Source: Spirochaetota bacterium (GTDB lineage: Bacteria > Spirochaetota > UBA12135 > COTS27 > CBDBHE01). From it: a stretch of 64,000 nt of DNA. The number at the start of each line of letters is the position of its first letter. The stretch's first letter is position 1. The stretch covers positions 96,001-160,000 of the forward strand of contig CBDBHE010000006.1 in NCBI GenBank assembly GCA_965205605.1, in the 5' to 3' direction. Shown here piece by piece: positions 1 through 10,400 of the stretch. Both the position numbers and the translations under genes were made by a program. The notes under the pieces are model-generated. The model was not told the DNA's origin, made no database searches, and saw only the letters and a program-made list of their open reading frames with translations.

Positions 1-351
1 ACTTTTTAAATTTGTTTTTAAAACTTGATCCCAATCGCCTTCTTTCATTCTAAGGATCAAATTATCTTTTGCAATACCGGCATTATTAACTAAGATGTCG
101 ATTTTACCAAATTGATTTAAGGTTTCTTCAACTATTTTTGCACTTTCTTTTTCTAAAGAAACATTCGCTCCGATTCCAATTGATTGGACTTTATATTTTT
201 TTTGAATAAGACTTGCAATTTCTTTAGCGAAAGTTTGGTTTCTACTGTTAATAACAACTTTACAACCCATTTCAGCAAAACTGTGAGCGATCTGCAAACC
301 GATCCCTTTGCTTGATCCTGTAATAATAGCAACTTTATTTTTAAGGTTCAT
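1..351 (-). CDS. fabG: 3-oxoacyl-ACP reductase (SDR family), 5' part; runs off the window start
   Basis: Not in the ORF track. Manual minus-strand translation from ATG at 351 gives MNLKNKVAIITGSSKGIG...KIDILVNNAGIAKDNLILRMKEGDWDQVLKTNLKS, with the TGxxxGIG and NNAGI.xD.L..RM FabG motifs. Confidence 0.85.
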   Translation of the reverse strand, partial: MNLKNKVAIITGSSKGIGLQIAHSFAEMGCKVVINSRNQTFAKEIASLIQKKYKVQSIGIGANVSLEKESAKIVEETLNQFGKIDILVNNAGIAKDNLILRMKEGDWDQVLKTNLKS

Positions 352-548
352 TTTTTTAAAATTAAAGTAAAATTATATTATAAAAAAAAAATAGATGTTT
401 ATTTTAATATTTTTACTCTTAATTAAAGCAAATTTTTTTAAAAAAATACTTTTATTTCTTGATTTTGAACCATAAGAATTAAAATTAACTTAACTTTGAT
501 GCTATTTGAAATTTATTTTTATAACTTTAAGGAGTTTTTTTTAAAATC

Positions 549-1433
549 GTGAAAACAAATGATTTAATTAATCTTGTAGGCAAAACGCCTCTTGTAAGGC
601 TTTCTAATATTAATCCTAATCCTAAAGTGAGGCTCCTTGGAAAGCTGGAAGGCAATAATCCGGGAGGTAGTGTTAAAGATCGACCTGCTTTTTTTATGAT
701 TGATCAAGCGTTAAAAAAAGGGTCTCTTAAAGGAGACTTTAAACTTATCGAGCCTACTAGTGGTAATACAGGCATTGCTCTTGCAATGATTGCTAGTTTG
801 AAACAAATTGCTATTGAGCTTGTGATGCCAGAAAATGCTTCTAAAGAAAGAGTTAAAACCATGCAAGCTTATGGGGCTAAGGTTACTTTAACCTCAGAAA
901 AAAAATCAATGGAAGGGACCATTGATTATGCTAGAGAAAAAGTTGCCAAAGGAGGGTATGTCATGCTTGATCAATTTTCAAATCCTGATAATAAACTCGC
1001 TCATTATAAAACAACAGGCCCTGAAGTATGGAATGATACCAATCATCAAGTCACTCATTTTGTTTCTTCTATGGGGACAACAGGGACTATTACAGGAGTT
1101 TCTACTTATTTAAAAGAAAAAAATAAAAATATTGAAATCATAGGAGTTCAACCTAAAGAAGGATCATGCATACCAGGGATTAGGCGTTGGAAAAAAGAGT
1201 ACTTGCCTAAAATTTACGAACCTAATCGAGTCGATGAAATCATGGATGTTTCCACTCAGCAAGCAACTGAAATGACAAGACGCCTTGCTAAAGAAGAAGG
1301 TATTTTTTCGGGAATGAGCTCGGGAGGGGCGACGTTTGTTGCTGTTCAAATCGCCAAAAGAATTAAAACAGGTGTTATTGTTGTGATCATTTGTGATCGA
1401 GGAGATCGGTATTTATCAACCCATCTTTTTTAA
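549..1433 (+). CDS. cysM: Cysteine synthase B
   Basis: PLP-lysine motif NPGGSVKDR, EPTSGNTG, SSMGTTGT, IPGIRRW (CysM-type) and ICDRGDRYLS; GTG start. Confidence 0.92.
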   Translation: MKTNDLINLVGKTPLVRLSNINPNPKVRLLGKLEGNNPGGSVKDRPAFFMIDQALKKGSLKGDFKLIEPTSGNTGIALAMIASLKQIAIELVMPENASKERVKTMQAYGAKVTLTSEKKSMEGTIDYAREKVAKGGYVMLDQFSNPDNKLAHYKTTGPEVWNDTNHQVTHFVSSMGTTGTITGVSTYLKEKNKNIEIIGVQPKEGSCIPGIRRWKKEYLPKIYEPNRVDEIMDVSTQQATEMTRRLAKEEGIFSGMSSGGATFVAVQIAKRIKTGVIVVIICDRGDRYLSTHLF

Positions 1434-1456
1434 CGATTTCTTACACAATAAAAAAA

Positions 1457-1477
1457 TGATATAATTTTTATAAAGGA
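1457..1477 (+). promoter_or_regulatory. Extended -10 promoter (TGnTATAAT) and RBS for the rhodanese-OsmC genes
   Basis: TGATATAAT at 1457-1465 and AAGGA at 1473-1477, just upstream of ATG 1482. Confidence 0.5.
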
Positions 1478-1481
1478 AACC

Positions 1482-1796
1482 ATGATGACTGAAAAATTAA
1501 TGCAATTAAAAAAAGAGCTTGAAAAACAAAAATCTGTTTTAATCGATGTCCGTGAAGAAGAAGAATGGGTAGAAGGGCATCTTAAATTAGCTAAACTACT
1601 TCCTCTCTCAGAGCTACAACAAGGAATCGCTCAACTTGAAGGGTTTAATAAAGAAACAAAAGTTTACCTACACTGTCGCAGTGGTCAGAGAGTCCTCTCA
1701 GCAGCTCCTTTCCTTGAAGCAGAAGGGTTTAAACAAGTGGTTCCTCTTAAAGAAGGGTTTGAAGATCTTAAACAAGAAGGTTTTGAGGTAGAATAA
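1482..1796 (+). CDS. Single-domain rhodanese-like sulfurtransferase
   Basis: LIDVRE..EW..GHL motif and active-site loop HCRSGQRV. Confidence 0.88.
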   Translation: MMTEKLMQLKKELEKQKSVLIDVREEEEWVEGHLKLAKLLPLSELQQGIAQLEGFNKETKVYLHCRSGQRVLSAAPFLEAEGFKQVVPLKEGFEDLKQEGFEVE

Positions 1797-2204
1797 ATGC
1801 ATCTTACTTTAAATCAATTAGAAGGCTTTAAGCTTGAGATTAAAAACCCTTTGAATCAATCTGTTTTTGTAGATGGCCCTACCACCATAGGAGGCACGGG
1901 AGATGGCTTTCGGCCTATGGAGCTTATTTTAGCAGGACTGGCTAGTTGTAGTAGTTTTGATATTCTTTCTATTTTAAAAAAAGCGAAGCAACAAGTTGAT
2001 GCTTTTAAAATAGACGTTACTAGTCAAAGAAGTGAAGAGATTCCTAAAGTTTTTACTAAAATTAAACTTCATTTTATTGTTGAAGGAAATATTTTAGAGT
2101 CTCATTTAAAACGAGCCATTGATCTTTCTATGAAGAAATATTGTTCTGTTTCAGCGATGTTATCAAAAACAGCTGAAATTCAAACAAGCTACTTAATAAA
2201 GTAA
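1797..2204 (+). CDS. OsmC/YhfA family protein
   Basis: GFRPMELILAGLASCSSFD and KYCSVSAML two-cysteine signature. Confidence 0.88.
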   Translation: MHLTLNQLEGFKLEIKNPLNQSVFVDGPTTIGGTGDGFRPMELILAGLASCSSFDILSILKKAKQQVDAFKIDVTSQRSEEIPKVFTKIKLHFIVEGNILESHLKRAIDLSMKKYCSVSAMLSKTAEIQTSYLIK

Positions 2205-2327
2205 TGTGTAATGAATTTTTCTTTTGGAGAAAAATAAAGAAAAATATTTTTTCAGACCATTTTTTTTAACAAAAAAAGAAAAACTCACTTTTTTTTTCCT
2301 AATGTTGTTTTTTTTTTGAAAAAAACA

Positions 2328-2356
2328 TTGATGAAATTAAAATGTTTAAGTAGAAT
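2328..2356 (+). promoter_or_regulatory. Putative sigma70 promoter for pstS
   Basis: TTGATG-17 nt-TAGAAT, with an AGGAG RBS before ATG 2397. Confidence 0.45.
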
Positions 2357-2396
2357 ATCGCCAAACTTTTATGATATTTATTAGGAGATAAGGTTT

Positions 2397-3347
2397 ATGA
2401 AATTAATGATGATTATAATTACTTTTATATTTTCTTCAGCGTTTGCTATAATCTCAGTAGACACTAGCTTAAGATCTTATAAAAAAATTTCGGGAGTAAG
2501 TGGCAATCTAAATTCGGTCGGTTCGGATACACTTAATGTGCTAATGTCTTTTTGGGCAGAGGGGTTTAAGAAATTTTACCCTGGTGTTAATATTCAAATA
2601 GAAGGCAAGGGATCTTCAACAGCGCCGCCTGCATTAATAGCAGGTGTTGCTCAGTTGGGGCCTATGAGTCGTAAAATGAAATCTAGTGAAATTGATAAAT
2701 TTGAAGCTAAGTTTGGTTATAAGCCAACTCCAGTTAAAGTTGCTATTGATGCTCTTGCTATTTATGTCCATAAAGAAAATAAAATTGAAGGGCTTAATTT
2801 AAAAGAACTCGATAGTATTTTTTCAACAACCTATAGAAGAGGTGGTAAAAAAATTATCAAATGGAGAGATTTAAAAAAAAATTCTTTGTTGATTAAAAAT
2901 ATGTTTATCTCTGTTTATGGTAGAAATAGTGCTTCTGGGACTTATGGCTATTTTAAAAAAATAGTGCTTAAAGAAGGAGATTATGCTTCTACTGTTAAAG
3001 AGCAGCCAGGCTCTTCAGCGGTCATTCAAGCCATTAGCAGGGAAAGAAATAGTATTGGTTATTCGGGGATTGGGTATAAGACTTCTGGGGTGACTATCGT
3101 CCCTATTAGTGTTAAAAATAGCAATTATTATGATCCAACACAAGCTAACTGCCTTAATGGTAAATATCCTTTAGCTAGGTTTTTAATTATTTATATTAAT
3201 CAAAGGCCTAAAAGAAACCTCGATAAACTTACGGTTGAATTTTTAAAATATGTGTTGTCAAAAGAAGGCCAAATAGCAGTGGCTAAAAGTGGCTATTATC
3301 CTTTACCTAAAAAAATCATTAATAAAATTTTAAGGGCCACTAGATAA
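2397..3347 (+). CDS. pstS: Phosphate ABC transporter substrate-binding protein
   Basis: Signal peptide; GSDT, GKGSSTAPPAL, GRNSASGTY and YPLARFL motifs. Confidence 0.92.
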   Translation: MKLMMIIITFIFSSAFAIISVDTSLRSYKKISGVSGNLNSVGSDTLNVLMSFWAEGFKKFYPGVNIQIEGKGSSTAPPALIAGVAQLGPMSRKMKSSEIDKFEAKFGYKPTPVKVAIDALAIYVHKENKIEGLNLKELDSIFSTTYRRGGKKIIKWRDLKKNSLLIKNMFISVYGRNSASGTYGYFKKIVLKEGDYASTVKEQPGSSAVIQAISRERNSIGYSGIGYKTSGVTIVPISVKNSNYYDPTQANCLNGKYPLARFLIIYINQRPKRNLDKLTVEFLKYVLSKEGQIAVAKSGYYPLPKKIINKILRATR

Positions 3348-3374
3348 AAATAATTTTATTTTTATCTAGTTTAA

Positions 3375-5696
3375 ATGAGAAAGAAAAAAGAATCCTTGCC
3401 ATTAGAGTCAAAGTCTTTTTTCCGATCGAAAGCTCGTTTTAAAGTAACAAAAAAAGCTCTTTTTTGGGATTGGTTGATGAATTGGGTGGTCGTCATTGGC
3501 GGTGTTGGTGTTATTGCTTCGATTATGGGGATTTTTTTCTTTATTTTGTTTCAAATTTACCCACTGTTTCAAAAAGCAAAAATTCAATTTAAAACAAAAA
3601 TTGCTTTAGAAAATTCTTGGAAGCCTGTTTTTATAGGAATCGATGAATGGAATGAATTGCCTTTTTTTGTAAAAGAATCTGGGAGTTTTGTTTTTTATGA
3701 TTTGACAGGGAAACGAGATTCTTTTACTCTGTATCCTTTTGAAGAAAAAAAAATTCAAATTAAAGCTTTTTCGTATAAGCAACAAGAGCAATCTTTTATC
3801 ATTGCCAACCATCAAAACCAAATTTTTTTTGGAAAAATTGACTATGTAGTTAATTTTGAAGAGAATAAACGTGTTGTTGATGCAAAAGTTGTTTTAGACA
3901 ATTTTTTTTCTATTGGTAATGTTAAAGGTGGACCTATTAAGCAAGTGAGTTATGGGAGTGTGGATGAAGAGTATCAATTAGTTGCTACTTTAAAAGAGAC
4001 GGCTTTAGGTAAGCAGAAGCTTTACCTCACTTCTTTTACTAAAGGAGATGGATTTTCTCTTTTTGATGAAAGTGGTTTTGAAATTGAAGAACAAAAAGAA
4101 ATGAGCTCTTTAATTGAAGGGCATATTGAAAAGATTTTAGTAAGGCAGCAAGCCGATAGAGTGATTGTCATAACAGAAGAAGGGGTTGTTTATGTTTTAA
4201 GTTTAGAAGAGGGAATGATTCAAACTTTTAAACCTTTTTTAAATTTAAAAGACTCTTCGATTGTTTTTGGAGATTTTATTTTTGGGGACTATTCTTTAGT
4301 TTTTTTCAGTAAAGAAGGGGACAATATTATTTATTCTCTTTATGCCAGAGAAGATCAAGATAATAAACAACTTTATGGTCATACAAAAACGCTAGCGAAG
4401 TTTTCAAAAGGAAATGTTAATTTTTATGCTAAAAGTTTACGTAATAAAGCTTATATTATTGGATCGAAAAATTATTTTTCTCTTAGGTATGCTACGACTG
4501 AAAAAATAATTCTGGAAAAGAAACTACCTTTTAAAGTTTCGAAAGTATTAATCGGCAGTAAATACAATAGTCTTTGTTTTTTAGATGAATTATCACAGTT
4601 TCATTTATATCGTTTAAAAGATCCACACCCACAAACAAGTTTTAAAACTTTTTTCAAACCGATTTGGTATGAAGGAGCCCCTAAGCCTTCTTATGACTGG
4701 CAATCGAGTGGGTCATCAGAAGAATATGAGCCTAAACTTTCAATGATTCCGTTAATATGGGGAAGTTTAAAAGGGACTTTTTTTTCTTTAATTTTTTCTG
4801 TTCCCATTGCTTTGTTTTCAGCCTTATATGTTTCGCAATTTTTACACCCAAAATTAAGGACGTATATTAAATCGATTATGGAGCTTATGGCTTCAATTCC
4901 ATCTGTTGTGTTAGGATTTTTAGGGGCACTTTATGTGGCTCCTTTAATTGTGGATCGGGTGGTATCTTTGATACTGATGGGAGTTTTAATCCCAAGTTTA
5001 TTTGTTTTAGTGAGTTATCTTTGGGTTGAAAAATTACCTTTATCTTTTAGGATTTTTTTTAGGAGAGGTTATGATTTAGCTTTTTTTCTTGTTTTAATAT
5101 TAACTCTAATTTACTTTTGTTGGTTAGTAGGGCCTGCTTTAGAAAAAGTTTTTTTTGTTTTTGAAAATGAAAGTGGTGAAAAAATTGCTAGTTTTAGACA
5201 ATGGTGGGTACAAGTTTTGGGGTTTCCTTATGAACAAAGAAATTCTTTAATTGTTGGTTTTATGATGGGTTTTTGTGTGGTCCCTATTATTTTCACGATT
5301 TCAGAAGATGCGTTTTCGAGTGTGCCAAAAAATCTTAAAGCAGGAGCATTTGCTTTAGGGGCTAGTGAATGGCAATGTGCGACACAAGTGGTTTTACCGG
5401 TTGCTTTTGGGGGTGTTTTTTCATCGATTATGATTGGGTTTGGGCGAGCGATTGGAGAAACCATGATTGTGTTAATGGCAACAGGCAATACCCCTATTAT
5501 TGATTTTAATATTTTTACAGGGATGCGAACCCTTTCTGCTAATATTGCTGTTGAGCTTCCCGAAGCTCCCCAATACTCTACCTTGTATCGTTCTCTTTTT
5601 TTAGGGGCTTTTTTATTGTTTCTTTTTACGTTTGTTATTAATACTGTCGCTGAAATTCTCCGTCAAAAAATGAGAGGAAAATATTATCAATTGTAA
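3375..5696 (+). CDS. pstC: Phosphate ABC transporter permease PstC, long form with a large extracytoplasmic domain
   Basis: C-terminal ELMASIPSVVLG, SEDA..VP and GRAIGETMIVLMATGN; directly downstream of pstS. Confidence 0.88.
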   Translation: MRKKKESLPLESKSFFRSKARFKVTKKALFWDWLMNWVVVIGGVGVIASIMGIFFFILFQIYPLFQKAKIQFKTKIALENSWKPVFIGIDEWNELPFFVKESGSFVFYDLTGKRDSFTLYPFEEKKIQIKAFSYKQQEQSFIIANHQNQIFFGKIDYVVNFEENKRVVDAKVVLDNFFSIGNVKGGPIKQVSYGSVDEEYQLVATLKETALGKQKLYLTSFTKGDGFSLFDESGFEIEEQKEMSSLIEGHIEKILVRQQADRVIVITEEGVVYVLSLEEGMIQTFKPFLNLKDSSIVFGDFIFGDYSLVFFSKEGDNIIYSLYAREDQDNKQLYGHTKTLAKFSKGNVNFYAKSLRNKAYIIGSKNYFSLRYATTEKIILEKKLPFKVSKVLIGSKYNSLCFLDELSQFHLYRLKDPHPQTSFKTFFKPIWYEGAPKPSYDWQSSGSSEEYEPKLSMIPLIWGSLKGTFFSLIFSVPIALFSALYVSQFLHPKLRTYIKSIMELMASIPSVVLGFLGALYVAPLIVDRVVSLILMGVLIPSLFVLVSYLWVEKLPLSFRIFFRRGYDLAFFLVLILTLIYFCWLVGPALEKVFFVFENESGEKIASFRQWWVQVLGFPYEQRNSLIVGFMMGFCVVPIIFTISEDAFSSVPKNLKAGAFALGASEWQCATQVVLPVAFGGVFSSIMIGFGRAIGETMIVLMATGNTPIIDFNIFTGMRTLSANIAVELPEAPQYSTLYRSLFLGAFLLFLFTFVINTVAEILRQKMRGKYYQL

Positions 5697-5713
5697 TTGA
5701 AAGTATTGTTTTA

Positions 5714-7372
5714 ATGAAAAAAAAAAACACCCTTTTTTCACTTAAAGATGAAGTTAAAATTTATTTTACTTCAATAGCACTTATTATTAGTCTCTTAATG
5801 TTGCTAGGTCTTTTTTGGGTCATTATTCGAAATGGAATTTTTGTTTTTTGGCCTAAAAATATTGCTCAAATTGTTTTAAAATCAGAAGTTGCTTCAGAAG
5901 CGAAAGAAGTTTTATTAGGAATTATTGTTAAATCTTCTTATAAGAAAAATGAAACAGGGGAAAATACCAAAGAAATTAAAGTCTATAGAGCCAACCGAGA
6001 TTTTTTAGCAGAATCTTTTAAATATTTTGAAATGGCAAAAATAGAAAAGTGGCACTATCCTAAAGAGATTGTCAAAATAGAAAGAAGTGAATATGGTCCA
6101 TTTATAGGGAAGATAGATGCTTTAAGAGCAGCAGATGGATCTACAATACAAGTAAGCAATACAAGTAATTTTAATCGCCTTCTTAAAGACAAGATTCGTT
6201 TTAATACAAAGCTAAAGAAGAAAGTCAAATATTTAGAAAAAGTCAAAATAGCTAAAATTAATCGTCGTTTAGAAAAACTGCGACTTAAAAAAAAAGTTTT
6301 AATGGCTTCAAAAAATTCTAAGGAAAAATTAGATAAACAAATTCAAAAGATTGATTTAGAAAAACAGACGCTTAATCATCAATACACGATTTTAGCTGAA
6401 GAATCTTACTTGCTTCAAAGTCAGCAAAATGAAAACACGCTTGTTGTGAAAGCTGGATTAATTAAAAAGGAGATTGCTTTAGGAAAAGTGAGAGGGTTTT
6501 ATTATCCTAACAAGATGAATTTTTTTCAAAAAACCTTTTATTATTTACAAGCTTTTTGGCGGTTTTTAAGTGAAGAGCCAAGAGAAGCCAATACAGAAGG
6601 AGGAATATTTCCCGCTATTTTTGGGACGTTTGTGATGACCTTTTTTATGAGTATTTTTGTAACTCCTTTTGGAGTGATTACAGCAATTTATCTTAGAGAA
6701 TATGCAAGAGAGGGATTGCTTTTAAAAATAATTCGAATTTCTGTTAATAATCTCGCAGGAGTGCCTTCGATTGTTTTTGGGGTTTTTGGATTGGGTTTTT
6801 TTGTTTATTTTATTGGGTATTATGTAGATATTGTCTTTTTTTCAGATAAATTACCAACGCCAACTTACGGGACGGGGGGGGTTTTTTGGGCTTCACTTAC
6901 GTTGGCACTTTTAACAGTGCCTGTTGTGATTGTAGCAACAGAAGAAGCTTTAATTGCTGTTTCTAAAGGAATGAGAGAAGGAGCGTTAGCTTTAGGAGCG
7001 ACCAAATGGCAAATGATTAGAAATATTTTACTACCAGCGTGTACACCAGGAATTTTAACAGGGTTAATTTTAGCTGTTGCTAGGGGAGCTGGGGAAGTAG
7101 CTCCTTTAATGATTGTTGGAGTTGTAAAACTAGCTCCTTCGCTCCCAATAGATTTAAGTTTTCCCTTTTTTCATTTAGATAGGAAGTTTATGCATCTTGG
7201 TTTTCATATTTATGATTTAGGGTTTCAATCTCCTGATTCAGAAGTTGCCTTACCTATGGTTTTTATTTCAACTTTATTACTGATTGTTTTTGTTGTTTGT
7301 ATTAATATTATAGCGATTATTTTAAGAGATTATTTTAGAAAAAAATATCAAATAGGGGGATCAGCTGTTTAA
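5714..7372 (+). CDS. pstA: Phosphate ABC transporter permease PstA, long form
   Basis: PREANTEGGIFPAIFGT, NLAGVPSIVFG and ARGAGEVAPL motifs. Confidence 0.9.
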   Translation: MKKKNTLFSLKDEVKIYFTSIALIISLLMLLGLFWVIIRNGIFVFWPKNIAQIVLKSEVASEAKEVLLGIIVKSSYKKNETGENTKEIKVYRANRDFLAESFKYFEMAKIEKWHYPKEIVKIERSEYGPFIGKIDALRAADGSTIQVSNTSNFNRLLKDKIRFNTKLKKKVKYLEKVKIAKINRRLEKLRLKKKVLMASKNSKEKLDKQIQKIDLEKQTLNHQYTILAEESYLLQSQQNENTLVVKAGLIKKEIALGKVRGFYYPNKMNFFQKTFYYLQAFWRFLSEEPREANTEGGIFPAIFGTFVMTFFMSIFVTPFGVITAIYLREYAREGLLLKIIRISVNNLAGVPSIVFGVFGLGFFVYFIGYYVDIVFFSDKLPTPTYGTGGVFWASLTLALLTVPVVIVATEEALIAVSKGMREGALALGATKWQMIRNILLPACTPGILTGLILAVARGAGEVAPLMIVGVVKLAPSLPIDLSFPFFHLDRKFMHLGFHIYDLGFQSPDSEVALPMVFISTLLLIVFVVCINIIAIILRDYFRKKYQIGGSAV

Positions 7373-7455
7373 TTTAAGAGAATTTTTTTTTTTTAAATTT
7401 GAATTTTTTATTTATTGATGATTAAATTTTATTTTAAACTGAAGGAGTTTTTAGC

Positions 7456-10400
7456 ATGAAACAAAGTCGTTTTATTTTTTCTTTTATTTTTTCTTTTTTA
7501 TCTATTTGTTTATTTTCTGAAGATTTAAGCCTTACTGGCAAATGGAAGCTTTGGTATGACAAACCAGCTAAGGATTGGCATGAGGCGCTTCCTATTGGAA
7601 ATGGACGCATAGGAGGAATGGTGCATGGAGGCATTAAGCGTGAGATCGTTCAATTAAACGAAGATACGATTTGGGCTAAGCACCCAAGTAGGCCTTTTAA
7701 AAAAAATGCTTATCAAACTTTTTCTAAAGCTGAAAAACTTTTTTTTGAAGGAAAAGCTTTTGAAGCTGAAAAAATTATTAAAAAAGGGTTTATGAATAAA
7801 AAATTGATAAAAAGTTATCAAACGATGGGTGATTTAGACCTTTATTTTATGAAGATTGATGAATTAAAGGTAAAGAATTATAAAAGATTTCTTGATTTAG
7901 AAACAGGAATTGCTCAGACAGTTTTTGACCATGAAGGGATACGATACACAAGAGAGGTGTTTGTTAGTGAAGCGGATCAAGTGCTGATGATGACATTGTC
8001 TTCTAGTGCAAAAGGGGCTATTAATACCAAAATTAAACTTAATCGTAATAGAGGAGCTAAAATTAAATACGAAAAAGATGAGATTATTTTAAATGCTCGA
8101 GCTTATCATTTGAAAAATTTTGACGAAGGGGTAGCTAGAGGATTGATGAGACCTTCTCGAAATAAAAAAAAATTAGCTGAAAAAATTAAACGAGTCGCTT
8201 TCAAACAAAAGTATTGGGATCGAGTAAAAAAAGCTGATCAATCAGGCTGGCAAAAAGAATATTACCTCCCTTCTTTTAATGATAGTAAATGGGATGAAAT
8301 AACCCTTCCGTATAAGTGGGGAGAAGAAAAAGTGAGTTTTACAGGGATTAAGTGGTATCGAAAAAGGATTGTTATTCCTGATTCTTGGGAAGGAAAAGAC
8401 CTCAAGCTTTTTTTAGGAGAATTAAATGCTAGTGATCAAGCTTGGTTTAATGGACAAAAAATAGGGGAAACGATTTTATCTGGAGAAAAGAGGCTTTATG
8501 ATATCCCTGCTCAATTGGTTAAAAAAGGTAAAGCGGTTTTAACCTTAGCGACTTTTCATACTGGTTATATTTTTGGCACAGGGTATGAAACAAAATTTCA
8601 ATCTGGAAAAGAAGCTTGTGAAATTTACCCTCAAGGAAATAAAAAACAAGCTCTTGCTCTGAGTGGAAACTGGAAAAGAGCAACGATGAAAAGTGATAAA
8701 AAGTATCAAATCATGAAAGGAACTCGTTTTAATACACGTCTTAAAGTCAAAACTGTTTCAGGAAATATTGTTAACAAGAAAGATTATCTTGAAATTAAAA
8801 ATGCTGATAAAGTTTTTATATATTTAACAGCGGGGACTGATTTTTATAAAGAAAACTGGGTTAAGAGTCTTTTTTATAAAGCCCTTTCTTTGTTTAATTC
8901 TAATTTGACTCTTCCAGCTAGAAGAGCTGGAAAAGACATGAAACGTGTTATTAGTAAATCTTTTGAAAGAATAAAGTTGGAGGGGATTGGTTCTCATTTT
9001 AAATTGTTTAAGCGAGTTAACTTGGATTTTGGGGGGCATGAAGCTAGAAAAAAACCAACGGACAAACGTCTTTCATTACTCAAACAAGGAGCCGTAGATC
9101 CTGATTTATTAGCTCTATATTTTCATTATGGTCGTTACTTACTCATTGCCTCTTCTAGACCTAACACCCAACCGGCTAATCTACAAGGAATTTGGTGTCA
9201 CAATTTAGAAGCGCCGTGGCAGAGTGATTTTCACATTAACATTAATTTTCAAATGAACTACTGGCCCGCTCAAATGTTTCAGTTAGAAGAATCTCATTTA
9301 CCGTACTTTGATTTAATCGATCGAGTGAGTAAACAAGGGGTAAAAGTAGCTAAAAATCATTATAACGCTAGAGGGTGGATGGCTCATCATGCCACTGATA
9401 TTTGGGTTGATGTTAGAGCATCTGGAAGGCCTGTTTGGGGAGCTTTTCAGTATGGGGGAGCTTGGGCCACTAGGCAATATTGGGAATATTATCAGTATAC
9501 TCAAGATAAAGAGTTTTTGAGAAAAAGAGCTTTTCCTATTTTAAAAGGAGCCTCTAAGTTTTTATTAGATTATTTAATCGTTCACCCTAAAACAGGAGAA
9601 CTTGTAGCAAGACTTTCAAATAGTCCTGAGAATAAATTTGTTCTTCCAAATAATAAAAAAATGACTCTTTCTCCTGGGGCTTCGATGAGCCAGTTAATTA
9701 CTTTGGATACATTTGAAAACTTTATTAATGCAGCAGCTGTTTTGGAAAAAGAAAATGATGCCACTGTAAAAGAAGTCAAAAAAGCTTTACAAAAATTAGC
9801 TTTTCCAAAAATAGGTGAAGATGGTCGTGTTATGGAATGGTATGAAGATTATAAAGAAGCTAACCTAGGACATCGTCATGTGTCTCATCTATATGCTTTA
9901 CATCCAGCGGCTCACTTTTTTGATAGGGAAGGGTATGTAGAGGCAGCTAGAAAATCACTTGAAACACGTTTGGCTCATGGAGGAGGGCATACGGGTTGGA
10001 GTAGGGCTTGGATTATTAATTTTTGGGCACGTCTTAAATCAGCAGAAAAATCTTATAATAATTTAATCTTAATTTTAAAAAAATCAACCTTACCTAATTT
10101 ATTTGACGATCATCCCCCTTTTCAAATCGATGGTAATTTTGGAGCTATCGCTGGAATGGGAGAAATGCTTTTACAATCTCATCAATTGATATCGGTAGAA
10201 GGAAACAAGATTCATCTTTTAGATGTTTTACCTGCTTTATCAAGTTCGTTATCTAAAGGATCTTTTAAAGGATTTAAGACGAGAGGAAATGTCATTGTTG
10301 ATTTAGATTGGTCAGATAAAAAACCAACTAAGCTTCGTTTGAGTTCAACAAAAAATAATGCAGGCTATCTTGCCTTTAAGCTTCCAAAAGGAGTTTCCGT

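Noticed and set aside
2205-2396. Pho box upstream of pstS
   Set aside because: No convincing CTGTCAT-like 11-bp-period direct repeats; only A/T runs and a plain sigma70-like promoter
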